From a virus, in the IMG/VR virus record IMGVR_UViG_3300050821_008607, positions 34,184 through 98,183 of that record: DNA of 64,000 bases; one strand, written 5' to 3'. Every line of letters begins with the position of its first letter. Position 1 is the first letter of the stretch. Of this stretch, positions 17,688 to 26,452 are shown piece by piece. A model generated the notes under the pieces. The model made no database searches. It saw only the letters and a program-made list of their open reading frames with translations, and was not told where the DNA came from. The position numbers were made by a program, and so were the translations under genes.

Positions 17688-18911
17688 TCAGTACGGGAGG
17701 TACGCCGAGTTGGAGACCGTGGCCTGCACGGTGTACTGGCTGGCGCCGGTCAGCGGGCGCGAGGCCTCGTAGGTCAGGGCAGACATGACCACGTCCTCGG
17801 CCTTCACCGTCGACCCGTACTTGGCGACGGCGATCTGCGGCATTGTGATCACGATCGTGCCCGCGCTGGCCGGGTGCGCCAGGGTGAACGTCATTGCGCC
17901 CAGGGTCTGGTTGTGGGCGCGGTTGAAGTCGCCGTACGTGGCGTCGTCGAGCGAGGACCAGACGACGTCGACGGCGCCGGAGACGTGCAGGTTCACCGGG
18001 GTCAGGAAGCTCGGCCCGTGGTTCCCGCTGTAGGTGTAGGTCTCCTTGACGCCGTTCTCGATCACGATCCCGACGTTGCTCACGTCGGCCCGGGCGCCGC
18101 TGTAGAAGTTGATCGTGGCCTCGGAGAACACGAACGGCATCTCGTTGGCGACCGACACCGCGCTGGGGTTGTCGAGGATCGCGACGGACTGGCCCATCAG
18201 GTCCGCGGTCATCTCCACTGCGGTGTTCCCGACCGGGGCCTTGAGGTCGAACTTGTTGACGCGGCATCCGGCGAACTGCAGCGACTGGTAACCGCCCATG
18301 TTCTTCTCTACCGTCAGCGACGGCAGGAGGTTCTGCTGCTGGATGGTGTGCAGGAACGGCGCGGTCACGATCTTCACGGCGGCGCCGGTGAGGTGGTTGT
18401 ACGTCAGCGCGACGTCCACGGTGAGGGTGTTCGTCGCCACGTTGGTGACCTTGCGGACCTCCGCGGTGGTCGTGGGCCCGGTGCCGTTGACGTCGATCTG
18501 CACGATCGAGCCGATGGCGTAGCCGGCCGCGGACGTCACTACGACGGTCGTGGTGCCCGCAGTCAGGCCGCCGTTGAGGGTGGTCGGCGACGTCGACCCG
18601 GTGCCGGTGATCCCGGCCCCGGCGATGTTGTCCGCGCCGATGCTCGCCACCAGCAGCGCCATGGCATTGGACGGGAAGATCGGACCCGTGAGCGATCCGG
18701 CGTACTTGGCCTCGCCCTGCAGGTTGTAGACCTGCTTGTCGCGCAGGTTCTGCATCAGAACCGGCGAGAACCAGCCCGGGTCTTCCTCGGCGGTGTTGTC
18801 CGTCATCGGGAGGTAGGTGGTGGGCGTCAGGGGCACACCGAAGGTGGCCTCCTTTGCCAGTCCGGTCGCGGACAGGGAACCGGGGCGCTCGATGATGTTC
18901 GGGTACGGCAT
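17688..18911 (-). CDS. major tail tube protein with inserted beta domain
   Basis: GLAKEATFG, PSLTVEK and FAGCRVNKF motifs; position before chaperone. Confidence 0.85.
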   Translation of the reverse strand: MPYPNIIERPGSLSATGLAKEATFGVPLTPTTYLPMTDNTAEEDPGWFSPVLMQNLRDKQVYNLQGEAKYAGSLTGPIFPSNAMALLVASIGADNIAGAGITGTGSTSPTTLNGGLTAGTTTVVVTSAAGYAIGSIVQIDVNGTGPTTTAEVRKVTNVATNTLTVDVALTYNHLTGAAVKIVTAPFLHTIQQQNLLPSLTVEKNMGGYQSLQFAGCRVNKFDLKAPVGNTAVEMTADLMGQSVAILDNPSAVSVANEMPFVFSEATINFYSGARADVSNVGIVIENGVKETYTYSGNHGPSFLTPVNLHVSGAVDVVWSSLDDATYGDFNRAHNQTLGAMTFTLAHPASAGTIVITMPQIAVAKYGSTVKAEDVVMSALTYEASRPLTGASQYTVQATVSNSAYLPY

Positions 18912-18923
18912 GGCCGGGACCTC

Positions 18924-19187
18924 CTACTGGGCTGCGGTCGGGTCCGGCACCGGGCCGGCAGGAGTGGCGCTGTCGCCAGCGGGGTCAGGCGCCGCGGCCT
19001 GTACGGCATCGGTCCTGGCGGCGCGCTTGGCTTTCGCCGGGCGCTCGGGTGCGGCGGCCTCGATGTCGGCGCGGCGCGTGAACGCCTCGGCGCCCTCGTC
19101 GGGGACCTCGAACTCGTCGCCGGGGGCGACCTCAAGGCCGATGGACGTGAAAAGGACCGGCCCGGGGCCGGTGTAGCGGAGCAGCAC
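18924..19187 (-). CDS. small virion-module protein
   Basis: LRYTGP...GDEFEVPD; lies between neck and tube genes. Confidence 0.6.
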   Translation of the reverse strand: MLLRYTGPGPVLFTSIGLEVAPGDEFEVPDEGAEAFTRRADIEAAAPERPAKAKRAARTDAVQAAAPDPAGDSATPAGPVPDPTAAQ

Positions 19188-19190
19188 GGA

Positions 19191-19640
19191 TTAGCCCCTC
19201 AGGCTGGCGGAGACGATCTGGGAGAACCGCTGCTGGATCAGCGGCAGCAGCGGCTTGATGGCCCTGGTCGGGAACGGGTTCGCGCGCGTACCGGGGTGTT
19301 GGACCAGGCGGGCGAAACGCGTCTGGCCGCCGTGCTGGAACCGCAGCGCGCGGGCCGTGCGCGGCCGGATGATGTGCGCCGCGGTGCCCTCAAGGACGTA
19401 CCGCGTGTACGGGGTGTCGGCGGTGAACACCAGCTGCGCACTGCCCGTGCCGATGTGGCGCTCGAAGCGGACCGAGTCCCGCAACCGTCCGCCCTTGACC
19501 GGTGCCACCGGGGCTTCGCGCCTCAGCGCGTCGTGGACGGCGGGACCCACTACGGCCGCCCAGCGGGACGCCTCGGCGGGGAAGTTGAAGCGCCGCAGCG
19601 GCGAGCGGTCCGCGCCGGAGACGGTCACACGGATGCTCAC
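19191..19640 (-). CDS. HK97 gp10-like neck/tail completion protein
   Basis: AP...GRLRDS, YTRYVLEGT and HPGTRANPF motifs; GTG start at 19640. Confidence 0.8.
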   Translation of the reverse strand: MSIRVTVSGADRSPLRRFNFPAEASRWAAVVGPAVHDALRREAPVAPVKGGRLRDSVRFERHIGTGSAQLVFTADTPYTRYVLEGTAAHIIRPRTARALRFQHGGQTRFARLVQHPGTRANPFPTRAIKPLLPLIQQRFSQIVSASLRG

Positions 19641-20140
19641 CCTTGGACCTTTTCCTGTACGTCCAGGCCCAGGCGGCAGGTGTAATACAGCAGCCGCAGA
19701 TCCGACGGGCTGCGCTCCGGCGGGTACTCCAATTCGAAGTTCTCGCCCAGCGACAGAATCTGTGTCGCACCCGGCGGCGCGTTGGCCGCGTCGACCGGCT
19801 GGCCCTGACCGTCGATCATCAGCGGGATCGTTGTCGCCCACGTCGCCGCCATCACCGCATCGACCAGCGCCGGGAACTGCTCGTCGATGCCGGCACTGTC
19901 GGGCGTCGTCAGATACGACAGGTACACGTCGATGGTCCAGTTGAGGTTCTTGAACCCCTGCCGGCGCGGCGCCGTCTGCCGGTCCCCTCGCAGCCGGCCA
20001 CCCCACACGTAGGCGCGGGGCCCGTTCAGGTCCTCGATCATCGGTGGGGTGATGAACGCCGTGAGCGGCGCGGTCGAACCCGGGATCGCGAGGCCCTGGA
20101 TGATGCCCAGGGTGAGCTTCTGGACACTGTTGAGCGGCAT
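19637..20140 (-). CDS. tail terminator-like protein
   Basis: size, position and alpha/beta pattern. Confidence 0.6.
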   Translation of the reverse strand: MPLNSVQKLTLGIIQGLAIPGSTAPLTAFITPPMIEDLNGPRAYVWGGRLRGDRQTAPRRQGFKNLNWTIDVYLSYLTTPDSAGIDEQFPALVDAVMAATWATTIPLMIDGQGQPVDAANAPPGATQILSLGENFELEYPPERSPSDLRLLYYTCRLGLDVQEKVQG

Positions 20141-20187
20141 GGGCCCCTCCTCTCTGCAAGATCGAGGAAGGGCGCGGACGGTCGGGG

Positions 20188-20331
20188 CTACCAGGCCTTG
20201 GGGGCGTTGACGGTGCGGACCTTCGTGCCGCCGCGACGTCCGACGCGATGGTTCGCGACTGCTGCCCGCTTCTTTGCCGCGGCAACGCGCTTTGCTGTCC
20301 CGGCGGTGGTGGTTCTGCGTTTCGTGGTCAT
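20188..20331 (-). CDS. 47-aa very basic peptide
   Basis: MTTKRRTTTAGTAKRVAAAKKRAAVANHRVGRRGGTKVRTVNAPKAW; RBS GAGGAGG; coupled to upstream stop. Confidence 0.6.
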   Translation of the reverse strand: MTTKRRTTTAGTAKRVAAAKKRAAVANHRVGRRGGTKVRTVNAPKAW

Positions 20332-21278
20332 CACTGCCTCCTCATGAACGGCTCCAGCAGCCACTCGTAGGACGTCTGCACATCGGCGACACCGTGGCCG
20401 CCCTCAGTGAGCGACCCGGCGATGTTCTGCACCGAGATGCTCGTGAACCCCGCCTCCAGCGCCTGCGACGCTGCGGCCAGCGCGGAGGCCCAAATGACGT
20501 TCGCGGGCAGCGCCGATACGCACACCCCGACTGCATGGGGGTTCGCCAGCGCCGACGACAGGGTGATCGTTCCGGGTCCGGCCTGCGCCGTGCCGACGCC
20601 GTTCGGGAGATTCATCGGGGTTGTCGCCGACACTGACAGCACGCTGACGGTCTCCGTCTGAGCGCCGTCGTAGGCGAACCCGGAGGCGCCCGCCCAGCCC
20701 GTCACGTCGTCGACGTGCAGGACCGTGTCACCGGAGTTCGCCGCAGCCGTCAGGGACGTGTGGGGCCAGCCGTTGGTGTAGGAGACGAGGATTCGGGTGG
20801 AGTTCCGGCCGCAGGACAGCGGCGGAATGTAGCCCGGCGCCACAATGATCGACGCCCCGCCGTCCGGGCCCGTCGCCGACGCCGCGTCCGTGTACAGGTT
20901 GATCAGGGGATGCTCAGGCTCGTACATGCCGGACGGGACGGGCGTCCATGTCCGGGGGAACGAGCGGTTCGGGCTGGTTTGGATCGCCAGGACCTGAGTC
21001 ACCGGCCAGCGGGACATCACCAGGAGCCCGTTGAAGGTTCCCGGCTGAACGCCCACGCGCCGGGAGCCGGGCCCGGTCAGCTCCTGATTGTCGACGGTCG
21101 CCCGCAACACCTGGTTGCAGTACGTGTCGACGATGCTCGTGGCCCGCCAGCAGATGTTCGTCAGCTCCGCCAACTGGGCAGCGCCGTCCGCACCCGGTTT
21201 CGGAATGATCTGCCAGGACACGCCCGTAGGCGAATTGGAGACCATGCCGGGAGTGATGTACGGAGTGCCTACAGCCAC
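20331..21278 (-). CDS. head-tail adaptor with inserted beta domain
   Basis: PYITP, RATSIVDTYCN, VSYTNGW and LLEPF motifs. Confidence 0.75.
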   Translation of the reverse strand: MAVGTPYITPGMVSNSPTGVSWQIIPKPGADGAAQLAELTNICWRATSIVDTYCNQVLRATVDNQELTGPGSRRVGVQPGTFNGLLVMSRWPVTQVLAIQTSPNRSFPRTWTPVPSGMYEPEHPLINLYTDAASATGPDGGASIIVAPGYIPPLSCGRNSTRILVSYTNGWPHTSLTAAANSGDTVLHVDDVTGWAGASGFAYDGAQTETVSVLSVSATTPMNLPNGVGTAQAGPGTITLSSALANPHAVGVCVSALPANVIWASALAAASQALEAGFTSISVQNIAGSLTEGGHGVADVQTSYEWLLEPFMRRQ

Positions 21279-21335
21279 AGCCGCTCACCCCCAACCGTGT
21301 TCGAGACAACTGGTGACAGGCCGGAGCGGCATGGA

Positions 21336-22016
21336 TCAGGCGACGCGCTCGGTCCAGCCGCCGAGCAGCTGGATCGAGTTCCCGGATGCGCCTGGGGTGA
21401 TGTCCAGCACCCATGCCTTTGTCGAGGTCAGCGACACCGTCACCGCCGATGTTGCCGCCGCCATGTACAGCGACGCCGCACCAGCCGCGGCCGAGTTGAT
21501 CGAGATCTCCGTCAGGCACTCGACGGTCGTCGGCGTCAGAAAGTTGATCAAGGTCTCGTGCTTCCACTGGGCCGCCGTCAGCGAGGTGCCCAGCACGATG
21601 CTGGCCGTCGCCAGCAGTGACGTGCCCGCAACGCCGCCCAGCCGCGACGTGAACACGGTGTTGCCCGGCGAGCCGGTCGAGGAGAACACACCCCAGCCGA
21701 CCATCTTGTACACCGCGCCCGCGATCGCGTCGTTCGCCGGAAGCGACATCGACTGCAGCACTGTCTCAGCGGTGGTGCCGGTGATCGCCGCGCCCGCGGC
21801 GGTCTGCCCGCCCTGCGAGCCGACGATCGTGTTCACGAGGCCCTGCGGGTTGATGTAGGTCATTACGCCGCCGGTCGCGTACAGCTCGGCGCCACCGACG
21901 GGAGTCGCGGGCTGGGCGGCCTGGTTGGACAGGGTCAGCGGGCCCTGCATGGTGAAGCCGCCGGATTCGGCTGCGGCGGGGCCATTGGAACCGCCGGTGA
22001 CGATCGCACTGGGCAT
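21336..22016 (-). CDS. virion structural/decoration protein
   Basis: Gly/Thr/Ala-rich beta protein in head module. Confidence 0.55.
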   Translation of the reverse strand: MPSAIVTGGSNGPAAAESGGFTMQGPLTLSNQAAQPATPVGGAELYATGGVMTYINPQGLVNTIVGSQGGQTAAGAAITGTTAETVLQSMSLPANDAIAGAVYKMVGWGVFSSTGSPGNTVFTSRLGGVAGTSLLATASIVLGTSLTAAQWKHETLINFLTPTTVECLTEISINSAAAGAASLYMAAATSAVTVSLTSTKAWVLDITPGASGNSIQLLGGWTERVA

Positions 22017-22079
22017 GGGATACCTCCAAGAGACTGGTGCGGCGTACCGCGCGGGTCAGAACGGTGAGACAGCCGACTG

Positions 22080-22502
22080 CTACTCGGCCTTGGCGGTGCG
22101 CCGGCTCGCCGCGGTCTTACGCGGAGTACGAGCCGTCTTCTCGGCGGGCGGCTCGTCTGCGGCAGCCTCCGCGCCGTCGTCGGCGGGGGTGGTCGCGTCC
22201 TCGGCGGGAGCTTCCTGCTTGGCGACGCTCGCAACCCCGGCCGACTGGGCGGCGCGCATGAGCTGCTCGACCACGCCCAGCAGCGTCGCCGGATCCTTGC
22301 GGCGCTCCATCTCCTCGCCGATGAGGCGGTGCTGGCGCTCGATGTCGGTCTCCCAGCCCGGTCGGCCGCCGGGGTGGAAGTGGTGCATCTGGTCGGACAG
22401 GTCGTCCGGGAAGTCGAAGCCGCCCTGTTCGTCGGCCTCGTAGACGATGCCGGTGGCTGGGTCGGTGAGCGCGATCGCGCCCGTGCGCGTGTACAGGCGC
22501 AT
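22080..22502 (-). CDS. hypothetical head-module protein
   Basis: MRLYTRTG start after AAGGAG. Confidence 0.65.
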   Translation of the reverse strand: MRLYTRTGAIALTDPATGIVYEADEQGGFDFPDDLSDQMHHFHPGGRPGWETDIERQHRLIGEEMERRKDPATLLGVVEQLMRAAQSAGVASVAKQEAPAEDATTPADDGAEAAADEPPAEKTARTPRKTAASRRTAKAE

Positions 22503-22631
22503 GCGTGGCTCCTTGGAAAGGGTGAGGGTGGGTGGTGCCGAGTGCGGCCCCCGCAGGGGGCGGGCTCCTCGCGGGGGCTGCAACGGGGGCGCGATTGATC
22601 ACGGGCCCCAGGGGTGAATCCGCAGGTCAGA

Positions 22632-24131
22632 TCAGGCGCAGTTCGCCAAAACTGCCATGGCAACGGGGGCCCTGTTGACCAGTGCGGAGACGGTCCGGAT
22701 CTCGAATTCTTTCCTCGGGCCACCACCAGCGGTGTTCGCGACGCGGCTGATGCCGTAGTCGAACTGGGCGGTGTCGCGCAGGGTGCGGCACTCCAGCACG
22801 CTGGAGATGTTGGCCTGCGGGAACGGAACCCTGTCGGTCCTCGCGACGATCGTGCCCGGGGGCAGGGAGACATGGACCTCGATCGGAACGGTCACGCCCC
22901 CCGCCGGGGCGTTGACGATCTCGCCGACCCGGCCACCGGCCGTGGTCGAGATACGGCCCGAGGCGTCGGTGGTGAGGTACGTGGTCGCGGAGTTCGACCC
23001 GAGGACGAGGTTCGCGATCTCCTGCGCCTGCTGGGCGTTCATCATCAGCGCGGTGGGGCTGCACTTGACGGCGTTCCACAGGGGCAGGAACACGTCGTTC
23101 TCGATCTCGTTGACGGTGCCGCCGGTCAGGGTCAGCGCGGCTCCGTCGAGGGAGTTGAAGATCGACGGGTTGGCTGTGCCGGTGCCGGGGGTGCCCCACT
23201 GGCCGGAGCCGTTGTAGTCGCCCGCCAGGGAGGCGAGGAACCCGTCGTAGTCGTTGGCGTTGGCCGACCCGTTGTCCGCCGCGGTGTTGATGGTCGGGAC
23301 CGTGCTGGCGGTGCCCTTCCACGACGTGGACAGGTCCGGAACGCCGTTGCCCGTCGGCAGCGCCTGGTTCGAGGAAATGGTCTTGGTGACCGTCACCGTG
23401 TTGGTGGTGGTGGTCGTGTAGTAGTACCAGGTCGACCCGTTCGCCGAGTAGAACCAGTCGTACGCCACGGCCCCGCGCACGGCGGCGACGGTCGCGGTGA
23501 CGGAGTTCGTGGACCCGGAGCCGAACGTGGACACCAGGCTGCTGGTGCCCTGGGAGTTCCCCGAGCCGTAGTAGTAGCCGGAGCCGGTGCGGGCGGCGAC
23601 GCCGACGTACAGGCTGACCGCACCGATGGTTCCGCCGGTGGCGTGCTGGGTGACGACCGGGGCGGCCGGGGCGGCGAGCGCGAAGCTCTGGGCGCCCATC
23701 AGCTTGCGGTCCTCGCCGATCAGCAGCTGGTTGAGGGTCTGGAACGTGGAGATGGCGTACGGGTCGCCGTAGCCCTTGGCGAGGTCGTAGGCGTCCTGGG
23801 TGACCAGGCCGGCGTAGCCGATGGGCTTGTAGCGGGCCTGGAAGTCCTGCTCCAGGAACTGGACCTCGTTGGCGGCGTAGTCGAAGCCCATGGAGGGATC
23901 CGGCTGCGAGTTGGTGAGGTTCATGATCGCGCGCCACACGGCGTACGGGTTGCCGTCCGGGCTCATCTTGCGGGCGACGATGTCGCGGAACGGGGTGACG
24001 ACGGGGATCAGCGAGACGAGCTCGGAGAGGTCGTAGCTGTAGATCCCGGTGGATTCCAGGATCCCGCTGGTCTGGGCCTTCATGATGGCGCCGAGGGTCT
24101 CCTCGGTCATGTCTGCGAGCGGTGCGCTCAA
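22632..24131 (-). CDS. major capsid protein with inserted beta-sandwich
   Basis: follows scaffold; TTG start after AGGAGG; LIPVVTPFR, YDGFL and VHVSLPPGT motifs. Confidence 0.8.
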   Translation of the reverse strand: MSAPLADMTEETLGAIMKAQTSGILESTGIYSYDLSELVSLIPVVTPFRDIVARKMSPDGNPYAVWRAIMNLTNSQPDPSMGFDYAANEVQFLEQDFQARYKPIGYAGLVTQDAYDLAKGYGDPYAISTFQTLNQLLIGEDRKLMGAQSFALAAPAAPVVTQHATGGTIGAVSLYVGVAARTGSGYYYGSGNSQGTSSLVSTFGSGSTNSVTATVAAVRGAVAYDWFYSANGSTWYYYTTTTTNTVTVTKTISSNQALPTGNGVPDLSTSWKGTASTVPTINTAADNGSANANDYDGFLASLAGDYNGSGQWGTPGTGTANPSIFNSLDGAALTLTGGTVNEIENDVFLPLWNAVKCSPTALMMNAQQAQEIANLVLGSNSATTYLTTDASGRISTTAGGRVGEIVNAPAGGVTVPIEVHVSLPPGTIVARTDRVPFPQANISSVLECRTLRDTAQFDYGISRVANTAGGGPRKEFEIRTVSALVNRAPVAMAVLANCA

Positions 24132-24152
24132 GGGATGCCTCCTGGGCATGCG

Positions 24153-24185
24153 AAAGCCCCCGGGCGCGGTGCGCTCTCGGGGGCT
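24153..24185 (-). terminator. hairpin/terminator between scaffold and capsid genes
   Basis: AGCCCCCG...CGGGGGCT then TTCG. Confidence 0.5.
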
Positions 24186-24209
24186 GGGGTGGGGATGCTG
24201 GTGGGGCGC

Positions 24210-26063
24210 CTACTGGCGGGCGCCGCCCTGGTGGATCGCCTGGAGCGCGGCGATGGCGTCGGCCTGCATGTCCTGGGCGATGCGGTTCTGCTCGGTCGCA
24301 TTGGCGGCCTTGTACAGGCGGCCCTTCTGCTCCCGGGCCTTGACCACGTCGACCTGGGCGCCTGCGCCTCGGTCCATGCCGCGCAGGTCGCGCGGCGGGA
24401 CGGCTCCGTTGGTGAAGACACGCGGTTCGGCGGGCTGCTCCTCCAGCGCCCCGATGCGGCCCTTCAGCTCCTTCACGAGGTCCGCCAGCTCCAGGACCGC
24501 GTCCGCCTGCTTGGCGAGGACGGTGTTCTGGCTGGCGCTGTGCTCGGTGAAGGCGCTCTCGACCGCAGCCAGGAGGCTGCTCTTGAACACGTCCGTGAGA
24601 GTGGTGTCGGGGATGGACTTGGTGACTGCCTCGTCGTCCGTGGGGACGGCGTCGGCGGGGGTGCCGGCCTCGGCCGCAGGGGCGGGGGTGAGGTCGGTGG
24701 TCTCGGGGGTAGCCGGGGCGTCGGTGTCGGCGCCGTCCGTGTCGCTGCCGGTGTCGGAGCTGTCGTCGTCGGCGGATGCCCCGGAGACCATGGTGATCTT
24801 CTCGGGGTCGACGATGCCGACGAGCTTGCCGCTGGCGTTGAACACGGCGACCATCTCCGGCTTGTCGCCGTCGGCCTTCGCCACATCGGTGACGACCTGC
24901 CCGGCGACGGGCTTCGGGTCGGCCTGCTGGGCGCCCATGGCGGGCTCCTGGCCGGAGGCCGCAGTGGCGTCGGCGCTGGGGGTGGGCTCGGCCATGTCGG
25001 CCTCCTCGTTCGCGGTCTTGGCGACCGGGGCCCCGGCCTCCTCGGTGGTGGGGGCCTGCGGGAGGGACGCGAGAACCTTCTGCAGGGAGTCGACGGCGCC
25101 GCGGATCGCGGCCTCGTTGCCCGCGGACAGGACGCGCCCGGCCTTGCGGACGTGGCCGAGGGCCTCGATGGTGTCCAGCGAACTCGGATCCCAGTCGGCG
25201 AGGGCCTTGCCGACCATCTGCATGTCGTCGCAGCAGTCGGCCTCGGCCTGCTCGGAGACCGCGAACGGCGCGAGGACGCTGATGGCGTAGTCGAGGGCGC
25301 AGCACGCGTCCTGGAGGTCCCAGGCGTTCTCGGCGTCGCCCTCGTCCCCGGCCGCGGCCTCCATCAGTTCACGGTCGGCGAGCATGTCGACGGCGGCCTT
25401 GGCCCGCGCCAGGATCGACGTCCACTTGCGGGCGGTCGCGGCGTCGACGGCCTCCCAGGCCGGGGAGCCAGGGTCGGTGTCCATGCCGGGGGCGTCGCCG
25501 TCGGGCTCGGCAAGGGCGGTCATCGGGTCCAGGGCGTCGTCGTCCATGCTCGTCTCCTTCGTGACGTCGCCCTTCAGCGAGCCGTCGGCGTTCCAGGTGT
25601 CCGGGATCTCGGACTGGGCGCCGAGGGCCTTGGCTCGTGCGATGACGTGGCGTCGGATCGCGTCATGCTCGGCGCCGCCGCGGCCGACCGCGCGCACTGC
25701 GCGGTTGAGGTCTTCACGGTCGGCGATCGGGTAGCTCTCGTTGGCCATCGCGGCGCCCGACGCGGCCATGCGCTTGAGGTCGTCGGCGTCGTACTTCGCC
25801 TTGAGGACAGCAACCTCGTGGATCATCTTCGCGATCGCGCCCGGGCTGCCGGTCATCGTCACCGTCTCCTCCGGGATTGGCTCAGGATCAGCCTTGGCGA
25901 GCAGCTCGCGGACGAAGCCGGGGTCGAGGAGTCCGGCGCTGTCGTCGTGCTTCATGAGGAGGAAGCCGGGGACGCCGTTCGCGGCTTTTCCGACGAGGTC
26001 GACGCGGGGGATGTTGGCCTCTGTTGCCTCGGTCCAGTCGTCCTCGTCGAGGAGGTCGGTCAT
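24210..26063 (-). CDS. capsid scaffolding protein
   Basis: acidic, low-complexity, C-terminal coiled coil; N-terminal RVDLVGKAAN; YPI..REDL..AVR..GRG domain. Confidence 0.7.
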   Translation of the reverse strand: MTDLLDEDDWTEATEANIPRVDLVGKAANGVPGFLLMKHDDSAGLLDPGFVRELLAKADPEPIPEETVTMTGSPGAIAKMIHEVAVLKAKYDADDLKRMAASGAAMANESYPIADREDLNRAVRAVGRGGAEHDAIRRHVIARAKALGAQSEIPDTWNADGSLKGDVTKETSMDDDALDPMTALAEPDGDAPGMDTDPGSPAWEAVDAATARKWTSILARAKAAVDMLADRELMEAAAGDEGDAENAWDLQDACCALDYAISVLAPFAVSEQAEADCCDDMQMVGKALADWDPSSLDTIEALGHVRKAGRVLSAGNEAAIRGAVDSLQKVLASLPQAPTTEEAGAPVAKTANEEADMAEPTPSADATAASGQEPAMGAQQADPKPVAGQVVTDVAKADGDKPEMVAVFNASGKLVGIVDPEKITMVSGASADDDSSDTGSDTDGADTDAPATPETTDLTPAPAAEAGTPADAVPTDDEAVTKSIPDTTLTDVFKSSLLAAVESAFTEHSASQNTVLAKQADAVLELADLVKELKGRIGALEEQPAEPRVFTNGAVPPRDLRGMDRGAGAQVDVVKAREQKGRLYKAANATEQNRIAQDMQADAIAALQAIHQGGARQ

Positions 26064-26443
26064 GGGTCACTCCTTCGGTGAGGTCGGCGCCGGGCGACGC
26101 CCTGGGGTGAGAAGCCGGTGACCTTGCCGGACTTGACGAGCCGCCAGGCCGTGTCGTCGCAGATCCCGCCGATGAGCCAGTCCCCGGCTTTGATGACCAC
26201 ACCGTTGCCCTGGTCCCAGTCCGGGCCGCGATAGATGTACGACTCGGTGACCTGCATGTGGCCGAGGGTGCCCTCGGCGTGAAACAGCCCGACCTGGGCG
26301 CCCCCGGGCAGATAGCTCCAGCAGGCCTTCTCCAGCTCCTCCGCGGTGAAGAAGTCCCGCGCCCCGTCAGCGCCCTTCGCGATGCGCGGATCCTGGCCGG
26401 CCTGGTATGCCAAACCGAGGACGAACCTGGCCTCTTCGGCCAT
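26060..26443 (-). CDS. XkdF-like prohead serine protease
   Basis: ELEKACW, GLFH, ESYI, GDWLIG and VKSGKVTGFS motifs. Confidence 0.8.
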   Translation of the reverse strand: MAEEARFVLGLAYQAGQDPRIAKGADGARDFFTAEELEKACWSYLPGGAQVGLFHAEGTLGHMQVTESYIYRGPDWDQGNGVVIKAGDWLIGGICDDTAWRLVKSGKVTGFSPQGVARRRPHRRSDP

Positions 26444-26452
26444 GGGCACCCC

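Noticed and set aside
17688-19187. Contractile tail sheath
   Set aside because: No sheath-sized gene or baseplate wedge genes; the layout fits a siphovirus
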